Source: Candidatus Omnitrophota bacterium
GTDB lineage: Bacteria; Omnitrophota; Gorgyraeia; Zapsychrales; Fredricksoniimonadaceae
Reading direction: 5' to 3'
Length of the DNA: 64,000 nucleotides
Assembly: GCA_044225175.1 (NCBI GenBank)
Contig: JBGAJA010000002.1
Coordinates: forward strand, 728,991 to 792,990
Shown: positions 39,025 through 49,159 of the stretch, piece by piece
Numbering within the stretch: the first letter of the stretch is position 1
Layout: every line of letters starts with the position of its first letter
Notes under the pieces: generated by a model
Databases searched by the model: none
Told to the model about the DNA's origin: nothing
The model's input: the letters and a program-made list of their open reading frames with translations, nothing else
Made by a program: the position numbers and the translations under genes

Positions 39025-40397
39025 AAAAAAGTCATTATCATTTTATTGGAATCGGTGGAGTCGGTATGGGTGCAGTTGCTTCCTTACTTTTAGCGAAAGG
39101 ACATAAGGTGAGTGGTTCTGATCTAAAAGAAAGTGAATTGACCCAGCAGCTTAAGAAAAATGGAGCTCTTATCACGATTGGACATAGTGCAAGTAATATT
39201 CAAAGTCCTGATTTTATTGTTTATTCTTCCGCCATTAGAATTACTAATCCTGAAATGATTGAATCTGTTAGTCGACAACTCCCTCTTCTTAAAAGAGCAG
39301 AAGTATTGGCTCAATTAGTCAATGAAGAGACAGGTATAACAGTGGCAGGTGCTCATGGAAAGACGACGACGACATCTATGATTTCCTGTCTTTTGGTCAA
39401 TGCAGAATTAAAACCTACAACAGCTGTGGGGGGCATTATTAATGGAAACACTTATAATGCCCATTTGGGTGAAGGTACTTATTTTGTAGCGGAAGTGGAT
39501 GAGAGTGATGGAACATTTTTATATTTTCGTCCGATGTATTCCATTATCACTAATATTGATTTTGAGCACGTCGATTTTTATAAAGATTGGAATGGGATCA
39601 CAGAAGCTTATCGCAAATTTATTGACTTAACTAATGATAAAGGCTGTGTGATAGTCTGTGGAGAGGACGAGAAACTAAGAAGTTTAGTTAAGGCTTCTAA
39701 GAAAAGAACTATGTTTTATGGATTAGATGATTCTTGCGATGTGTGGGCAAAGAATATATCAACAGATGGCTTTAATTCAAAGTTTGAAGTTTATACCAAG
39801 TTTGGGAAATTAGCGGACTTTGAACTCATTGTCCCTGGACATCATAACATTTTGAATGCCTTAGCCAGCATTACACTCGGTTTACAGATTGGAATTGCTG
39901 TGGAGGTGATGCAGAAAACTTTAAAAGAATTTGGAGGAGTTAAACGTCGTTTTCAATTAAAGGGTAAGGTAGATGATGTTATGGTTGTTGATGACTATGG
40001 TCATCATCCTACCGAAATCATTGCTACAATTAATGCGGCAAAACTGTTTAATAAAAAAAGAATTGTGACTGTTTTTCAACCTCACCGGTATTCTAGAACA
40101 AAGTTCTTGCTTAACGAATTTGTCGAAAGTCTTAAATTAACAGATCAACTCATTATTACTGATATTTATGCTGCTAGCGAAAAGCCTTCTGAAGGGGTAG
40201 ATATTAAAAAATTGCTTGAACCATTACAAAAGTTGTTAGGAGATCGTGTGGTTTATCTTAAGAAAGAAAAAATTTTGACTCATTTGAATGGTTTTGTGCA
40301 AAGTGGGGATTTGGTTTTATTTTTGGGAGCAGGGGATATTAATCATTTTTCTGATGAACTCGTCCATATGCTTTCTCAAAGAAAGGTTATGGTATGA
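39021..40397 (+). CDS. murC: UDP-MurNAc--L-alanine ligase
   Basis: GIGGVGM, GAHGKTTTT, EVDESD, DDYGHHPTE, FQPHRYSRT. Confidence 0.97.
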   Translation: MKKSHYHFIGIGGVGMGAVASLLLAKGHKVSGSDLKESELTQQLKKNGALITIGHSASNIQSPDFIVYSSAIRITNPEMIESVSRQLPLLKRAEVLAQLVNEETGITVAGAHGKTTTTSMISCLLVNAELKPTTAVGGIINGNTYNAHLGEGTYFVAEVDESDGTFLYFRPMYSIITNIDFEHVDFYKDWNGITEAYRKFIDLTNDKGCVIVCGEDEKLRSLVKASKKRTMFYGLDDSCDVWAKNISTDGFNSKFEVYTKFGKLADFELIVPGHHNILNALASITLGLQIGIAVEVMQKTLKEFGGVKRRFQLKGKVDDVMVVDDYGHHPTEIIATINAAKLFNKKRIVTVFQPHRYSRTKFLLNEFVESLKLTDQLIITDIYAASEKPSEGVDIKKLLEPLQKLLGDRVVYLKKEKILTHLNGFVQSGDLVLFLGAGDINHFSDELVHMLSQRKVMV

Positions 40398-41344
40398 GTA
40401 CTTCGCGTTTTGGTAATATTGGTGTATTGATGGGGGGGTATTCTTCAGAAAGAGAAATTTCTTTGCGATCGGGAAATGCAGTGTATGAAGCATTAGCAAC
40501 TGCAGGCTATGCGGTCAAACCTATTGATATTCAAACCAATGATCATCCTAAGATTATTGAAATGATTAAATCTTCAGGAATCAATGTTGCGTTTATTGCT
40601 TTACATGGACGTTTAGGTGAAGATGGACAAATCCAAACGATTTTAGATGAGCTAGACATTCCTTACACAGGTTGTGGTCCTGCAGCTAGTCAGAAAGCTT
40701 TTAACAAAATTACCGCTCAAAGTGCATTTAAGAACGCGGGTCTTTCTGTTCCAGAGAATTTTTTCATTACAAATGGCTCACTTGTGCATTTTAAAGAGGT
40801 CTTTGCGGTTCTAAAAAAATTGCCTTTCGTTGTAAAAGCGGCCTGTGAAGGTTCCAGTATTGGTATCAGTATGGTTCGTCATCCTTCTGCCTGGGAAGGG
40901 GTACTGCGAGATGCATTGTCTTATGGTCCGTATGTAATTGTTGAGAAATATATTAAAGGTCGAGAGGTTACTGCGGGTATTTTTGATGGAGAAGCTTTGC
41001 CTTTAGTCGAGGTTATTAATCGAAATCTTTTATTTGATTATAATTCAAAGTATCAAAAAGGATTAACAGAATATGTGGTGCCCGCAGCTTTTCCGGAAGC
41101 ATTGACTAAAAAGATTCAAGAAATGGCACTTGTTGCATATAAGACTTTAGGATGTGAAGGGTTTGCCAGAATTGATATTCGTATAGATGCTCAGGAACAA
41201 CCATATATATTAGAAATAAATACGATTCCTGGATTTACAGCAACAAGTCTTTTTCCAAAGGCCGCTTTAAAAGCGGGTTATAGCTTTTTAGAGGTATGTG
41301 AAAAATTGTTAGATCTCGCTTATGGCAAAAAAGTCCAACATTAA
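40394..41344 (+). CDS. ddl: D-Ala--D-Ala ligase
   Basis: GGYSSEREISL, LHGRLGEDG, GSSIG, DYNSKY, EINTIPG. Confidence 0.96.
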   Translation: MSTSRFGNIGVLMGGYSSEREISLRSGNAVYEALATAGYAVKPIDIQTNDHPKIIEMIKSSGINVAFIALHGRLGEDGQIQTILDELDIPYTGCGPAASQKAFNKITAQSAFKNAGLSVPENFFITNGSLVHFKEVFAVLKKLPFVVKAACEGSSIGISMVRHPSAWEGVLRDALSYGPYVIVEKYIKGREVTAGIFDGEALPLVEVINRNLLFDYNSKYQKGLTEYVVPAAFPEALTKKIQEMALVAYKTLGCEGFARIDIRIDAQEQPYILEINTIPGFTATSLFPKAALKAGYSFLEVCEKLLDLAYGKKVQH

Positions 41345-42095
41345 TATTCCAGCTATTGCAGTCATTCGTTTGATTGTTTTTCTTTTAATAGCTGTAATTC
41401 TCTTCTGGCTTTATACTCGAACATTTGATTTTCTTTCAAATTCACAAATGTTTAAGATTAAAGACGTTCTAATTGATCAATCAATTGGCTTTATTGATTT
41501 CAAGCTTTTAACTGGATTGAAAGGGCAGAATATTTTCAATGCAGATTTAAAAAAAATTCACCAGCGCATATCTTCACAGTATCCCCAAATTTCCCAATTA
41601 AGAGTTACCAGGCAAATGCCTGATACGATTAAAATTTTGGCTAAGAAAAGAGATGTCCTTTTACAACTTCAGGCTGCTCACAATAAATATTTAATTGTCG
41701 ATACAGAAGGTGTGACAATGTTTTATACATCAGCTCCCTTAGCCTACCCCATGGTTAAAGGAGTTCCTCTTCAAAGGTATAAAATTATTTTAGGAACAGC
41801 TACCTCAATCAAAGAGTTAAATCTAACGATTGATCTTTTGAAGCAATTAAGACTACATCCCCATACAAGTCGTCTTAAAGTGATGGGTATAGAAGCCTCT
41901 AACGTATCCAAAATAGAATTAACTGTAATGCCTAATATTCAAATTATTATTGATCAAGAGGACCTTGTACAGAAAGTAGAGATGTTAGAGATTCTTTTGC
42001 AAAATGGTAAGATTAATTGGAAGAATGTGAAATATGTGGATATTCGTTTTAAAGAACCTATTATTAACGAAACTATCCCTCAAGATGAAAAATAA
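41322..42095 (+). CDS. ftsQ: Cell division protein FtsQ/DivIB
   Basis: TM + POTRA-like region, C-terminal YVDIRF; position between ddl and ftsA. Confidence 0.85.
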   Translation: MAKKSNINIPAIAVIRLIVFLLIAVILFWLYTRTFDFLSNSQMFKIKDVLIDQSIGFIDFKLLTGLKGQNIFNADLKKIHQRISSQYPQISQLRVTRQMPDTIKILAKKRDVLLQLQAAHNKYLIVDTEGVTMFYTSAPLAYPMVKGVPLQRYKIILGTATSIKELNLTIDLLKQLRLHPHTSRLKVMGIEASNVSKIELTVMPNIQIIIDQEDLVQKVEMLEILLQNGKINWKNVKYVDIRFKEPIINETIPQDEK

Positions 42096-42106
42096 AGGGT
42101 CTGCTT

Positions 42107-43339
42107 ATGTTGAGAAATATTAAACACAGTAAACATTTTTTAGGTCTTGATCTCGGTTCTCATAGTATTAAAGCAGCACTCGTTAAAGCACAAGATGATA
42201 AGAATTTAGAATTATTAAGTGTCTTTGAATCCCCATCCATAGGTCTTAGAGAAGCTTCTGTTAACGATCTCTCTGAGCTTTCCCAAACTATTCGACGTGT
42301 GGTCGATGGTGTTTGTGAAAGGTCTGCTATTAAACCTCAAGCGTTAAGATTGGGGATAAGTGCAGATCTATTATCGGTACGTCGATCTTCAGCCATTGTC
42401 CCTTTGGTTGATGCAGGAACTAAGGTAGTTGCTCCCTCAGATATAAGAAAAGTCAATCATCAGGCCCGTCTTTTGGGGGTTGCGATTGATGAAGAGATTG
42501 TCCATGACTTCGAGCAGTATTATAAAGTAGATGATGCTAATGTAGCTTTGAATCCTATGGGACTCTATGGCCGTAAAGTTGAATCTAATCTTTTGCTTTT
42601 AACAGCTAATTCAGCCCGCCTACGAAATATGACAAAGGCTGTTCATCAAGCAGGTTTGGATGTGCAAAGAGTTTCTCTTTCAAGCTATGCGGCCAGTCAG
42701 GTTGCTATGGATGAAAATTTAAAGAAAGATGGCTGCGCCTTGATTGATATAGGGGCTCATATGACGACCGTATTGTTTTTTAAGAATGGCATTGTGGCGG
42801 ATGCTCAATTTATTCGTTGGGGAGGAAACTTTATTACTCAAAGTATTTCAGATCGTTTGAGTCTAACTCTAGAGCTAGCAGAAGAGATCAAGAAAACTCA
42901 TGCGGTGGCCACTAAATTAACAACCACAGAGATTACTGGCGATATTTTAGTGAAAAGAGATAAAGGCTATGTGCCAATTCGACGACAAACAGTCTGTGAA
43001 GCTGTTGAGTGGGAAGTCGAGAATTTGATGACCCATTTAGAAACTGTTTTAAAAGGCAGTGGATTCTTTCATCAATTAAATCGAGGAGCTGTAGTTGTAG
43101 GCGGTACAGCTCTTTTGCCTGGGCTTATTGAGCGAATTGAACAAATGACTAATTTAAATGTGAGTTTGGGAATCGCAACAAAGGGCTTACAGAATCCATC
43201 CATTTTTGCAGGAGCGATTGGTTTAGCACAGATGAATTATACTCAAAAGAAAATAGAAGAAGTGAATCTAAACACCACCAAAAGTTGGGTGAAGAAAGCA
43301 TTTACAAAGTTTGAAGAAGTATGTCAGGAGTACTTTTAA
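42107..43339 (+). CDS. ftsA: Cell division protein FtsA
   Basis: GLDLGSHSIK, NPMGLYG, LIDIGA, GGNFIT..I, VVGGTALLPG, C-terminal amphipathic helix. Confidence 0.9.
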   Translation: MLRNIKHSKHFLGLDLGSHSIKAALVKAQDDKNLELLSVFESPSIGLREASVNDLSELSQTIRRVVDGVCERSAIKPQALRLGISADLLSVRRSSAIVPLVDAGTKVVAPSDIRKVNHQARLLGVAIDEEIVHDFEQYYKVDDANVALNPMGLYGRKVESNLLLLTANSARLRNMTKAVHQAGLDVQRVSLSSYAASQVAMDENLKKDGCALIDIGAHMTTVLFFKNGIVADAQFIRWGGNFITQSISDRLSLTLELAEEIKKTHAVATKLTTTEITGDILVKRDKGYVPIRRQTVCEAVEWEVENLMTHLETVLKGSGFFHQLNRGAVVVGGTALLPGLIERIEQMTNLNVSLGIATKGLQNPSIFAGAIGLAQMNYTQKKIEEVNLNTTKSWVKKAFTKFEEVCQEYF

Positions 43340-43695
43340 TGGTCTTTAGGTTTTTGATCATTGCGTCGATGGCTTAAATTGAAATCAATGTTCTTAAGCA
43401 CACTGCGAAGTTTTAAAATGCTGCTAAAAATATATAGAATCCAAAATGAATTAAAAAGTAGAAGAATCACAATTAAAAGAGTATTGACTGTTTGAGCCAT
43501 TAATAGTTTTTCAAGGATAGTGCTTTTTTGAGCATCAATACTTACATCAATGATTTTAAGCGAATTTGCAAATGTAGCTACAAAGATAATAACGAGGATG
43601 AATTCAAAAAATAAAAGGTAGAAGTGGCGGACAATCCATTGTGCAGAGCGATTGTCCCATTGGCGAATCTTATTCATAAAGTCTTGATAGCTCAT
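43336..43695 (-). CDS. Hypothetical two-TM membrane protein
   Basis: 119-aa ORF with two hydrophobic helices; GGA upstream; stop overlaps the ftsA stop. Confidence 0.65.
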   Translation of the reverse strand: MSYQDFMNKIRQWDNRSAQWIVRHFYLLFFEFILVIIFVATFANSLKIIDVSIDAQKSTILEKLLMAQTVNTLLIVILLLFNSFWILYIFSSILKLRSVLKNIDFNLSHRRNDQKPKDH

Positions 43696-43758
43696 TTGAG
43701 TTCCTTTTTAAGTATTCTAATGAGCTTTTATATTGCAGCAATAGAAAAATTAAGAACT

Positions 43759-44328
43759 ATGTATATTAAATCCATAATTTATATTTTTTTAGCAGGGACC
43801 TTATTTTCTGGCTGTATGAAACCTCCTTCTAGTACAGGTAGTTTAGGTTTTGCAGATACAAGACGAATCGTTATTGTTGGAGAAAATGTAAATTCTGATA
43901 TTGCTGGCTATTATCAAAAGAAATATGACGCACTGGTTTGGTTTACTCCTTTTCAAGGAAGAATTGCTTATAAAGCCCATAATCTTTTGCAAAGCGGTAT
44001 TGGGCCTAGCGTAGGAATGCGTAGCCTCATAAGAGAATTAAAAAGTATCAATTATTCGATTGGACAATGGCAGATCTTTGTTCCCGGAATTGCAGAGAAC
44101 TATTTTCTAGCGACTTTAAAAAGTATGGAGGATCATAGTTTATCTAAGGCGAGGGGGATGGTTGTTTTGATTGATTCTAAGGGCAATAAAGATATAGAGA
44201 TTTACTTAAAACGTGTAACAGATGGCAGTTTCTTTGTAAATTACGAATTTGGTAAAGATGTTAATGTGTCTGAAGATTCGGGGAATGAAAAAAGCGCGCC
44301 TGAGAGGGATCGAACCTCTAACCCTTAG
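43759..44328 (+). CDS. Putative lipoprotein
   Basis: Start reassigned to ATG 43759: MYIKSIIYIFLAGTLFSGC lipobox. Confidence 0.65.
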   Translation: MYIKSIIYIFLAGTLFSGCMKPPSSTGSLGFADTRRIVIVGENVNSDIAGYYQKKYDALVWFTPFQGRIAYKAHNLLQSGIGPSVGMRSLIRELKSINYSIGQWQIFVPGIAENYFLATLKSMEDHSLSKARGMVVLIDSKGNKDIEIYLKRVTDGSFFVNYEFGKDVNVSEDSGNEKSAPERDRTSNP

Positions 44329-44368
44329 TTCCGAAGACTAATGCTCTATCCAATTGAGCTACAGGCGC
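44295..44368 (-). tRNA. tRNA-Arg (TCG), CCA not encoded
   Basis: Reverse complement GCGCCTGTAGCTCAATTGGATAGAGCA-TTAGT-CTTCGGA-ACTAA-GGGTTAGAGGTTCGATCCCTCT-CAGGCGC-G. Confidence 0.95.
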
Positions 44369-44452
44369 ATAAGAAGGGTATAATCTAGCACGTCCTTATC
44401 ATCCCTTAAAGGAAAAATTTTGGCATTACTGTAATAGTGTTGAAAGGATTAA

Positions 44453-44806
44453 ATGATAAATTCATACGGAGCGAGGGATCATCGCAATGAACAGCGTAAA
44501 GATCCGCGAGTTGTATCGGAGTTGCCTGCTAGTATAAGTGTGGGATCGCAACTCACAGTGCAGGGGGTCCTCAAAGATCTTTCCTTAAAAAGCGCCTTTA
44601 TCAAGATTAAGAATAATATCTTTCTTAAATCCAGCGATGAAATTGGTTTTACTATTCAGTGCTCAGAGAATGTTAATGATGTCATCCAAGGTTTGGCTCG
44701 CGTTTCGCGCGTTGCTGTAGGAGAAGGCCTTGTGATTTATTTTATTAAGATGGATGAGGCTTCTCTTGTCCGTCTCAAGAAGCATCTTCAAAAATCAGGT
44801 GCGTAA
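44453..44806 (+). CDS. PilZ domain protein
   Basis: EQRKDPRV (RxxxR) and DLSLKS (DxSxxG-like). Confidence 0.75.
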   Translation: MINSYGARDHRNEQRKDPRVVSELPASISVGSQLTVQGVLKDLSLKSAFIKIKNNIFLKSSDEIGFTIQCSENVNDVIQGLARVSRVAVGEGLVIYFIKMDEASLVRLKKHLQKSGA

Positions 44807-44811
44807 GCAGT

Positions 44812-44839
44812 TTGACTTATTAGAAAAATTTGTTATAGT
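44812..44839 (+). promoter_or_regulatory. Putative sigma70 promoter of the gcv operon
   Basis: TTGACT, 16 nt, TATAGT preceded by TG (extended -10); 8 nt before the gcvT ATG. Confidence 0.6.
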
Positions 44840-44847
44840 TCTGCCAA

Positions 44848-45948
44848 ATGCAAACACAAGAAACACTTCATAATACCCCTTTAGTTGATGAACATATTGC
44901 ACTCGGGGCCAAAATGGTTGGTTTTGGAGGGTGGAACATGCCATTGCAATATGAAGGCATTATCGCTGAGTGGGACCATAATCGAAAAACGTGTTCGTTA
45001 TTTGATTGTTCTCATATGGGTGAATTTCTTGTTATTGGGGATGCAAAAGAGTCTGGACTAGAAAATATTGTTACGCAACGTTTGAGTGATATGCCTCTTA
45101 AAACATGCCGCTATGGGGCTATGTTAAATGCTCAAGGTGGGGTGATTGATGATTTGATTGTATATCGCAAAGATACCCAAGAATGGATGATTGTAGTGAA
45201 TGCCTCTAATATAGAGAAGAATGTATCTCATTTCAAAGTCCATTTGACATCCAAAGCAGTATTCAAAGATATTTCATTTCAAACAGCCAAGCTTGATCTT
45301 CAAGGGCCACGCTCACGTGAGATTTTAAAAGATTTTGTGCCAGAGATTTCTAAATTAGAGTATTACACTTTCGATGAATTTGTATTATTAGGAGAAAAGT
45401 GTTTGATTAGTCGCACAGGTTATACCGGCGAGTTGGGCTATGAAATTTATTACCCTTGGGAAAAATCAAAAGAATTGTGGCGCGCAATTTTAAAAAATGA
45501 TACAGTCAAACCCACTGGCTTAGGAGTTCGCGATGTTTTGCGAATTGAGATGTGTTACAGCCTCTACGGGCATGAATTAGAAGAACATATTTCACCTTTG
45601 CAGGCAGGATTAAATAAGTTTACTGATTTTGAGAAAGATTTTATTGGTAAAGAGGCGCTTTTAAAAGAAAAAGCAAATGGCGTTACAAAAACAATCGGAT
45701 GCATATCCTCCGAATCCCGACGAAGCCCTCGCCAAGGACACAAAATTTTTGATGCAAATAAGAATGTGATCGGGGAAGTGACCAGTGGGACATTTTCACC
45801 AGGACTACAGTTGGGAATAGGTTTAGGATTTCTTGATATTGCAAATAATGTGGTAGGAAATAAAGTCTCCTTCGGGGATGATAAAATTCAATCACCTGCA
45901 ACTATTATCAAAAGACCTTTTTATAAAAACGGAACTTTAAAGCACTAA
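44848..45948 (+). CDS. gcvT: Glycine cleavage system T protein
   Basis: FGGWNMPLQY, FDCSHMGE, SRTGYTGELGYE, RDVLRIE. Confidence 0.96.
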   Translation: MQTQETLHNTPLVDEHIALGAKMVGFGGWNMPLQYEGIIAEWDHNRKTCSLFDCSHMGEFLVIGDAKESGLENIVTQRLSDMPLKTCRYGAMLNAQGGVIDDLIVYRKDTQEWMIVVNASNIEKNVSHFKVHLTSKAVFKDISFQTAKLDLQGPRSREILKDFVPEISKLEYYTFDEFVLLGEKCLISRTGYTGELGYEIYYPWEKSKELWRAILKNDTVKPTGLGVRDVLRIEMCYSLYGHELEEHISPLQAGLNKFTDFEKDFIGKEALLKEKANGVTKTIGCISSESRRSPRQGHKIFDANKNVIGEVTSGTFSPGLQLGIGLGFLDIANNVVGNKVSFGDDKIQSPATIIKRPFYKNGTLKH

Positions 45949-45960
45949 AAGGAAAACGTT

Positions 45961-46347
45961 ATGGAAATCATTGATCATTATCTTTACACGAAAGAACATG
46001 AATGGATCAGTATCGAAGATAATATCGGGACAATCGGTATTACTGATTATGCGCAGAATGCTCTAGGAGATATTACCTACGTGGAATTGCCTCAAGAAGA
46101 TCAAGAAGTCGATCAGTTCGAACAATTTGTTTCTCTTGAATCAGTTAAGGCTGCATCCGATATTTTTTCTCCAATGTCAGGTCGCGTTATTGAAATTAAT
46201 GAAAAGCTCGAAGAGAATCCCGGTTTAATTAATAAAAGTTGTTTTGATAAAGGATGGATTGCAAAGATTGAAATCAAAGATATGGAAGAATCTTCCAATT
46301 TGATGTCCGCTGATGATTATCGCGCTTATCTAGAATCCCTCGAATAA
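45961..46347 (+). CDS. gcvH: Glycine cleavage system H protein
   Basis: YTKEHEW, GITDYAQ..LGD, ESVKAASD (lipoyl-Lys). Confidence 0.97.
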   Translation: MEIIDHYLYTKEHEWISIEDNIGTIGITDYAQNALGDITYVELPQEDQEVDQFEQFVSLESVKAASDIFSPMSGRVIEINEKLEENPGLINKSCFDKGWIAKIEIKDMEESSNLMSADDYRAYLESLE

Positions 46348-46364
46348 AGAATTTAGGAACACCA

Positions 46365-47705
46365 GTGAATCCGTATATCACTAATACTGACTCTGAAGTC
46401 AAAGAGATGCTCAAAACAATTGGCGTTAAGTCAATTGATGAGCTTTTTGCTGATATTAAACCAGAGAATCGTCCCAAATCCTTCAATCTTCCAGAAGGTA
46501 AATCTGAATTTGAAGTTCTAAGCACATTAACTAAGTTATCTTTAAAGAACAATGTCTATCTAACGCCTTTTATTGGTGGTGGGTATTATGATCATTATGT
46601 TCCCACTGCTGTGGGCTCTCTTATTTCTCGAGGAGAATTCTATACAGCCTACACCCCTTATCAGCCAGAATGCGCTCAAGGAACCTTACAGGCGCTTTTT
46701 GAATATCAAAGTCATATGTGTGCCTTGACAGGTATGGAAATATCCAATGCCTCATTGTACGACGGAGGAACAGCTCTTTATGAGGCTATGATGATGGCGA
46801 TCCGTATCACAGGTCGTGATAAAGTGATCATGGATGGCGGTGTGAGTCCTATTTATCGAAAGATTTTAAAAACATATACACATCATTTGCATTTTCAATT
46901 CGAAGAAACGCCTGTTGTTCATGGGCAAAGTTCTCGGGTTGAAATTGAAAAACTATTAGACCAAAAAACGGCTGTATTGATACTACAAAATCCAAATTTC
47001 TTTGGAGCCATTGATGACTTTACCGACATTATTGAGAAAGCTCATGCCAAGGGAATTTTGGTTATTGTGAGTGTTTACCCTATTTCTTTAGGTCTTCTTA
47101 AGACTCCTGCTGATATGGGAGCGGATATTGTCACAGGTGAAGGTCAGTCTTTAGGTTTATCTTTGAACTTTGGTGGTCCTTATTTGGGTTTTATGTGTAC
47201 CAAAAAACAGTATGTACGCAAAATGCCAGGGCGTATCGTTGGTCAAACAGTTGATTCGAATGGTAAGAGATGTTTTGTCAATACACTTCAAGCTCGAGAG
47301 CAACATATTCGCCGAGAGAAAGCTACTTCCAATATTTGTACGAATGTATCTTTGTGTGCCACCCAGGCTGCAATTTTTATGTCAATGATTGGCCGCGATG
47401 GTTTAAAAGAAATGGCTCAGCTTAATTTGGATAAGGCTGAATATGCTAAACAATGCTTAGAGAAAATCAAAGGTGTAGAAGTCAAGCGTTCATCTCCAAC
47501 ATTTAATGAATTTACTGTACTGTTACCTAAAGATGCTTCTGATGTGGTTGGTAAAATGATTGAAAAAGGTTTTGCTGCAGGGTTTCCTTTGGGACGATAT
47601 TATCCAGGTATGGAAAAATACTTGCTGGTTGCTGTCACAGAAAAACGTACTAAGCAAGAAATTGATAACTACGCAAAAGCATTACAGGAAGTACTATGGA
47701 GTTAA
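46365..47705 (+). CDS. gcvPA: Glycine dehydrogenase subunit 1
   Basis: YTAYTPYQPE, NASLYDG, REQHIRREKATSNICT. Confidence 0.96.
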   Translation: MNPYITNTDSEVKEMLKTIGVKSIDELFADIKPENRPKSFNLPEGKSEFEVLSTLTKLSLKNNVYLTPFIGGGYYDHYVPTAVGSLISRGEFYTAYTPYQPECAQGTLQALFEYQSHMCALTGMEISNASLYDGGTALYEAMMMAIRITGRDKVIMDGGVSPIYRKILKTYTHHLHFQFEETPVVHGQSSRVEIEKLLDQKTAVLILQNPNFFGAIDDFTDIIEKAHAKGILVIVSVYPISLGLLKTPADMGADIVTGEGQSLGLSLNFGGPYLGFMCTKKQYVRKMPGRIVGQTVDSNGKRCFVNTLQAREQHIRREKATSNICTNVSLCATQAAIFMSMIGRDGLKEMAQLNLDKAEYAKQCLEKIKGVEVKRSSPTFNEFTVLLPKDASDVVGKMIEKGFAAGFPLGRYYPGMEKYLLVAVTEKRTKQEIDNYAKALQEVLWS

Positions 47706-49159
47706 TCTTCGAAAAATCAGTAGAGGGACGTCGGGGATTTCGTTTTGGAAAATCCGATGTGCCTGTGTCTGTTAAAACGCCTCAAAAGTATGCGCGTAAG
47801 ACAGATGCGCCGCTTTCTCAAGTCTCTGAGTTAGACGTTGTCCGTCACTATACTTTGTTATCCCAGCGTAATTTCTCAATTGATACCCATTTTTATCCTT
47901 TGGGGTCATGTACTATGAAGTACAATCCTAAGTTTACTGAAGCTATCGCTCGTTTAGCTGGTTTTGCAGATTTGCATCCTTTATTGCCTCAATTATCCGG
48001 TGGAGAAAAGTTAACACAAGGCGCTTTAGAGGTGCTTTTCGAGATTGAGCGCTGGATGTGTGAGATGACAGGGTTTACAGCGTTTACTCTTCAACCATTG
48101 GCTGGTGCTCACGGAGAATTGACAGGAATTATGCTGATGGCTGCCTATCACAAGGCTAAAGGCAATACTAAGAAGAAATACGTCATTATTCCTGATTCTG
48201 CTCATGGAACTAATCCTGCTAGCGCAGCGGTGGCTGGATATGAGACCATTTCTATTCCATCCAATAAGAATGGTGGAATGGATATTGAAGCTCTCAAAAA
48301 AGCAATTAATGATGAAGTAGCTGGGTTGATGATGACTGTTCCATCCACCTATGGTGTTTTTGAGTCTGATGTTCAAGAGATAGCTAAGTTAATTCATTCA
48401 GTTGATGGTATTATGTATTATGATGGGGCGAATCTTAATGCAGTTCTGGGGCGCTGTCGGCCTGGAGATTTAGGGTTCGATGTCATGCATATTAATACTC
48501 ATAAAACCTTCACAACGCCTCACGGCGGTGGCGGTCCAGGTGCTGGTCCTGTTGGGGTGAATGCGAAGCTCGAGAAATTTTTGCCTGTATCACGCGTGGT
48601 TAAGAAAGCTGATGGAGGCTTTTCTTTGAGCTATGATTTTCCAGAATCAATCGGTTACGTGGCTTCATTTTATGGAAACTTTGCATTATTGCTGCGTGCG
48701 TATGCTTATATGATGATGTTGGGTAAAGAGGGGTTAAAGCAGACAACCGATCATGCGGTTTTAAACGCTAATTACATCATGATGAGGCTTAAAGATCATT
48801 ATAAACTCTGTTTTGACCGCTTATGTATGCATGAAAGTGTTTTTTCAGCTACTTTGCAAGCTCAAAGGGGTGTTCATGCCATCGATATTGCTAAATTTTT
48901 GATTGATCAAAAGATTCATCCTCCGACGGTGTACTTCCCAATTAGTGTGCCTGAGGCAATTATGATTGAGCCAACTGAAACAGAATCCAAGCAAACCATG
49001 GATTTCTTTATCGATAAAATGATTGAAGCAGATGAAATGTCTAAAACCAATCCTTCAGTTTTTCATGATTTTCCTAAAACCATGCCTATCACAAGGCCTG
49101 ATGAGGTGAAGGCTGCTAGGGATGTAAAAACTAGCTTTTTCTTACCCGATGCAGCTTAA
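47696..49159 (+). CDS. gcvPB: Glycine dehydrogenase subunit 2
   Basis: YPLGSCTMKYN, HGTNPASA, HKTFTTPHGGGGPG, IEPTETE. Confidence 0.97.
   Translation: MELIFEKSVEGRRGFRFGKSDVPVSVKTPQKYARKTDAPLSQVSELDVVRHYTLLSQRNFSIDTHFYPLGSCTMKYNPKFTEAIARLAGFADLHPLLPQLSGGEKLTQGALEVLFEIERWMCEMTGFTAFTLQPLAGAHGELTGIMLMAAYHKAKGNTKKKYVIIPDSAHGTNPASAAVAGYETISIPSNKNGGMDIEALKKAINDEVAGLMMTVPSTYGVFESDVQEIAKLIHSVDGIMYYDGANLNAVLGRCRPGDLGFDVMHINTHKTFTTPHGGGGPGAGPVGVNAKLEKFLPVSRVVKKADGGFSLSYDFPESIGYVASFYGNFALLLRAYAYMMMLGKEGLKQTTDHAVLNANYIMMRLKDHYKLCFDRLCMHESVFSATLQAQRGVHAIDIAKFLIDQKIHPPTVYFPISVPEAIMIEPTETESKQTMDFFIDKMIEADEMSKTNPSVFHDFPKTMPITRPDEVKAARDVKTSFFLPDAA

Noticed and set aside
43624-43758. N-terminal extension of the 234-aa ORF
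   Set aside because: It overlaps the divergent gene 43336..43695; ATG 43759 gives a clean lipoprotein signal.
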